Shown here in pieces: positions 62,132-64,000 of a stretch of 64,000 bases of DNA. The notes below the pieces were generated by a model that ran no database searches, was not told the DNA's origin, and saw nothing but the letters and a program-made list of their open reading frames with translations. Within the stretch, counting starts at the first letter, position 1, and the number at the start of each line of letters is the position of its first letter. Source of the stretch: Eledone cirrhosa (Eukaryota); contig OZ024746.1 of the NCBI GenBank assembly GCA_964016885.1, positions 93,124,001 to 93,188,000 of the forward strand. The letters are read 5' to 3'. The position numbers and the translations under genes were made by a program.

Positions 62132-62753
62132 GGTGTCTCTAATGATAGAAGCTATACAGACCTAGTTGTGTGATGATGTTTATTGTAAGAGAAGTTGGTA
62201 TTGAAGGCTGTTTGGTGGTGGTAGATTATCTCTGCTTATGGAAGCAGTGCAGGTCTAACAAGAAGTCTTTGTGTGAGAATGAATGATGTCAGCAAGTAGA
62301 AGTTTAACCCTTTAGCATTCACATTACTCTATATATACTATTATATTTTCATGGTAAATGCTTTATCTCACATAATATTGAATTTATGAGATTTTGAAAG
62401 TATTTATTTTGAGAACAATACCTATCATCAGTTTGAGTGACCAGTTACAGCCAGTTTCAACAGAAAGAGGTAGAGAATTCTGGACGGTTTTGGCCGGTTT
62501 GAACATTAAAGGGTTAAGGACATGACAGAAGTTATGATTAATAGAAATGCTGGCTTATATGACTCAATTTAAACTAAATTATATAATCATTTAAAAAGGG
62601 AATAGAAATTATTGTATTGAATGTTTTCATAATTATCAAAATAATATCCCATGGAAGAAAAGTAGGTTTTGTAAAGAAAATTCTCCTGATTGAAATAGTC
62701 ATTATTTCTGATGGATTTGTTTTTTAGTTAACTCTAAATAATCTCTCTTTCAG

Positions 62754-62887
62754 GTGGATGCTATTGAGTTTTACACAGAAAATGAACTAAGACTTAGTAA
62801 TGAAGTGGAGAGTGAAAAAGTTTGTGCCTATCAAAGACCTCTAGGAATGGCATTCCTTACTCTTGCTACTGATGTCATGGCTGAAAA
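62754..62887 (+). CDS. TMEM63: TMEM63 coding exon 11 (gene continues beyond window)
   Basis: tttcag|VDAIEFYTENELRLSNEVESEKVCAYQRPLGMAFLTLATDVMAE|gtaagt; VDAIxYYT and PLGMAF motifs. Confidence 0.95.
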
Positions 62888-64000
62888 GTAAGTTAATATT
62901 GAAACATTAATCTGTTTACAACAGTGATTTTCAATGGCAGAAGTATAAGTACCTGGTTAGATGCTTTGAATTACTTCATTTTGTCATTCTATATTCCATC
63001 CTTTTATACCTTCAATGTCACTAAAATAAGTACCACACAGAGATTAAGATTGCCTGTATTGATTCCTATACAAATATGGCCTTGAACTAATGTAACGTTG
63101 ATATTTATCATGAGTGAAATGCTGTGAAATATGGATTAAATTGGTTGTGAGTAGATTGGGAGATAGTTTTGTTCCTTGATCAAAGCTATTTCATTTGCAC
63201 TTAGGAGAGGTAGTAATATGACACAATCTTAATCTCTGTCAGTATAAATCTTTGATATTGTATCTATGTTAAAAACTCACATGAATTCTTTCACAAACCA
63301 CCAGAATGAATTACAACACTCTTCAATTCCAGTATTTGAAGAAGTTCTGAATAATTTGAGTTGCACTTGTCTGACAAATAACTTGAACTGAGACCATGTG
63401 TTGAAACTAAAATAATTACTGTATGGAAAAGTCATTTTAGCCAATTAAAGTCAGAAAATCTGTTAAATTTATATTTATCATTTATTTCCTGGAGTAAAAA
63501 TTTTCATCACACTGTCTCCGACCTGGTCACTAAATATTAAGTAAATTTAAGTTTTTGTGTTTTTAAAAGGCTAAAATGACTCTTCCATGCAGAAATTGTG
63601 CTGAATAACTTTCTCCTGGAATGGAAGCTAACTGTACTTAGGTATTTTTTATTAGAAAGCTTTGTAAACAATTTCCAGCCAGATACAATAAAGGTATTTC
63701 TAACAAACTAATAAACCATGTAGAGACATCATCATTGGTTTATGTGTTGTTTATGTTGTTGTTTAGCTCCTGGAATTTACTGGGCTCTTTATCAGCTGTA
63801 CCCACCCCTAAACATGTATGGCCTTTTGCCTATATTAGAAACCATTCATTATACAGTATGGGCCATAAATCATGCACCAAAGCATTAAAAACAATTTATA
63901 CAATACAGTATAGATGTATATTGTATTGTATTAATAATAAAAAATTATATTAAAATAACAAAGATATCATTTTCATCATCCTATCATGTGATTTTAAGGG

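Overview
Eukaryotic, AT-rich, repeat-dense genomic DNA. The repeat content (RTE LINE 3' ends with (ATG)n tails, tRNA/CORE-type SINEs, abundant TA/CA microsatellites) suggests an octopus or other coleoid cephalopod, which is an inference. One host gene crosses the window on the + strand: the 5' half of a TMEM63/OSCA (CSC1-like) mechano/osmosensitive channel. I assembled 11 phase-consistent GT-AG coding exons by hand (ATG 11945 to 62887, 1082 nt, about 360 aa; the gene continues past the window). A 36-nt frame-preserving candidate cassette microexon (24672-24707) sits at the same protein position as the alternatively spliced exon 4 of mammalian Tmem63b. The introns hold a young 5'-truncated RTE retrotransposon with an intact RT ORF (antisense), a decayed maT/DD37D-like Tc1-mariner, CRE and CR1 LINE fragments, two SINE families, about 17 copies of a TTAA-flanked MITE in both orientations, hAT and mariner MITEs, long inverted repeats with minimal hammerhead-ribozyme motifs (Penelope-like termini), and many minisatellites. 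One minisatellite arose inside a SINE and another appears to derive from a splice donor. Most long ORFs in the supplied track are tandem-repeat artefacts. There is no CRISPR array or prokaryotic system. Repeat boundaries are approximate.
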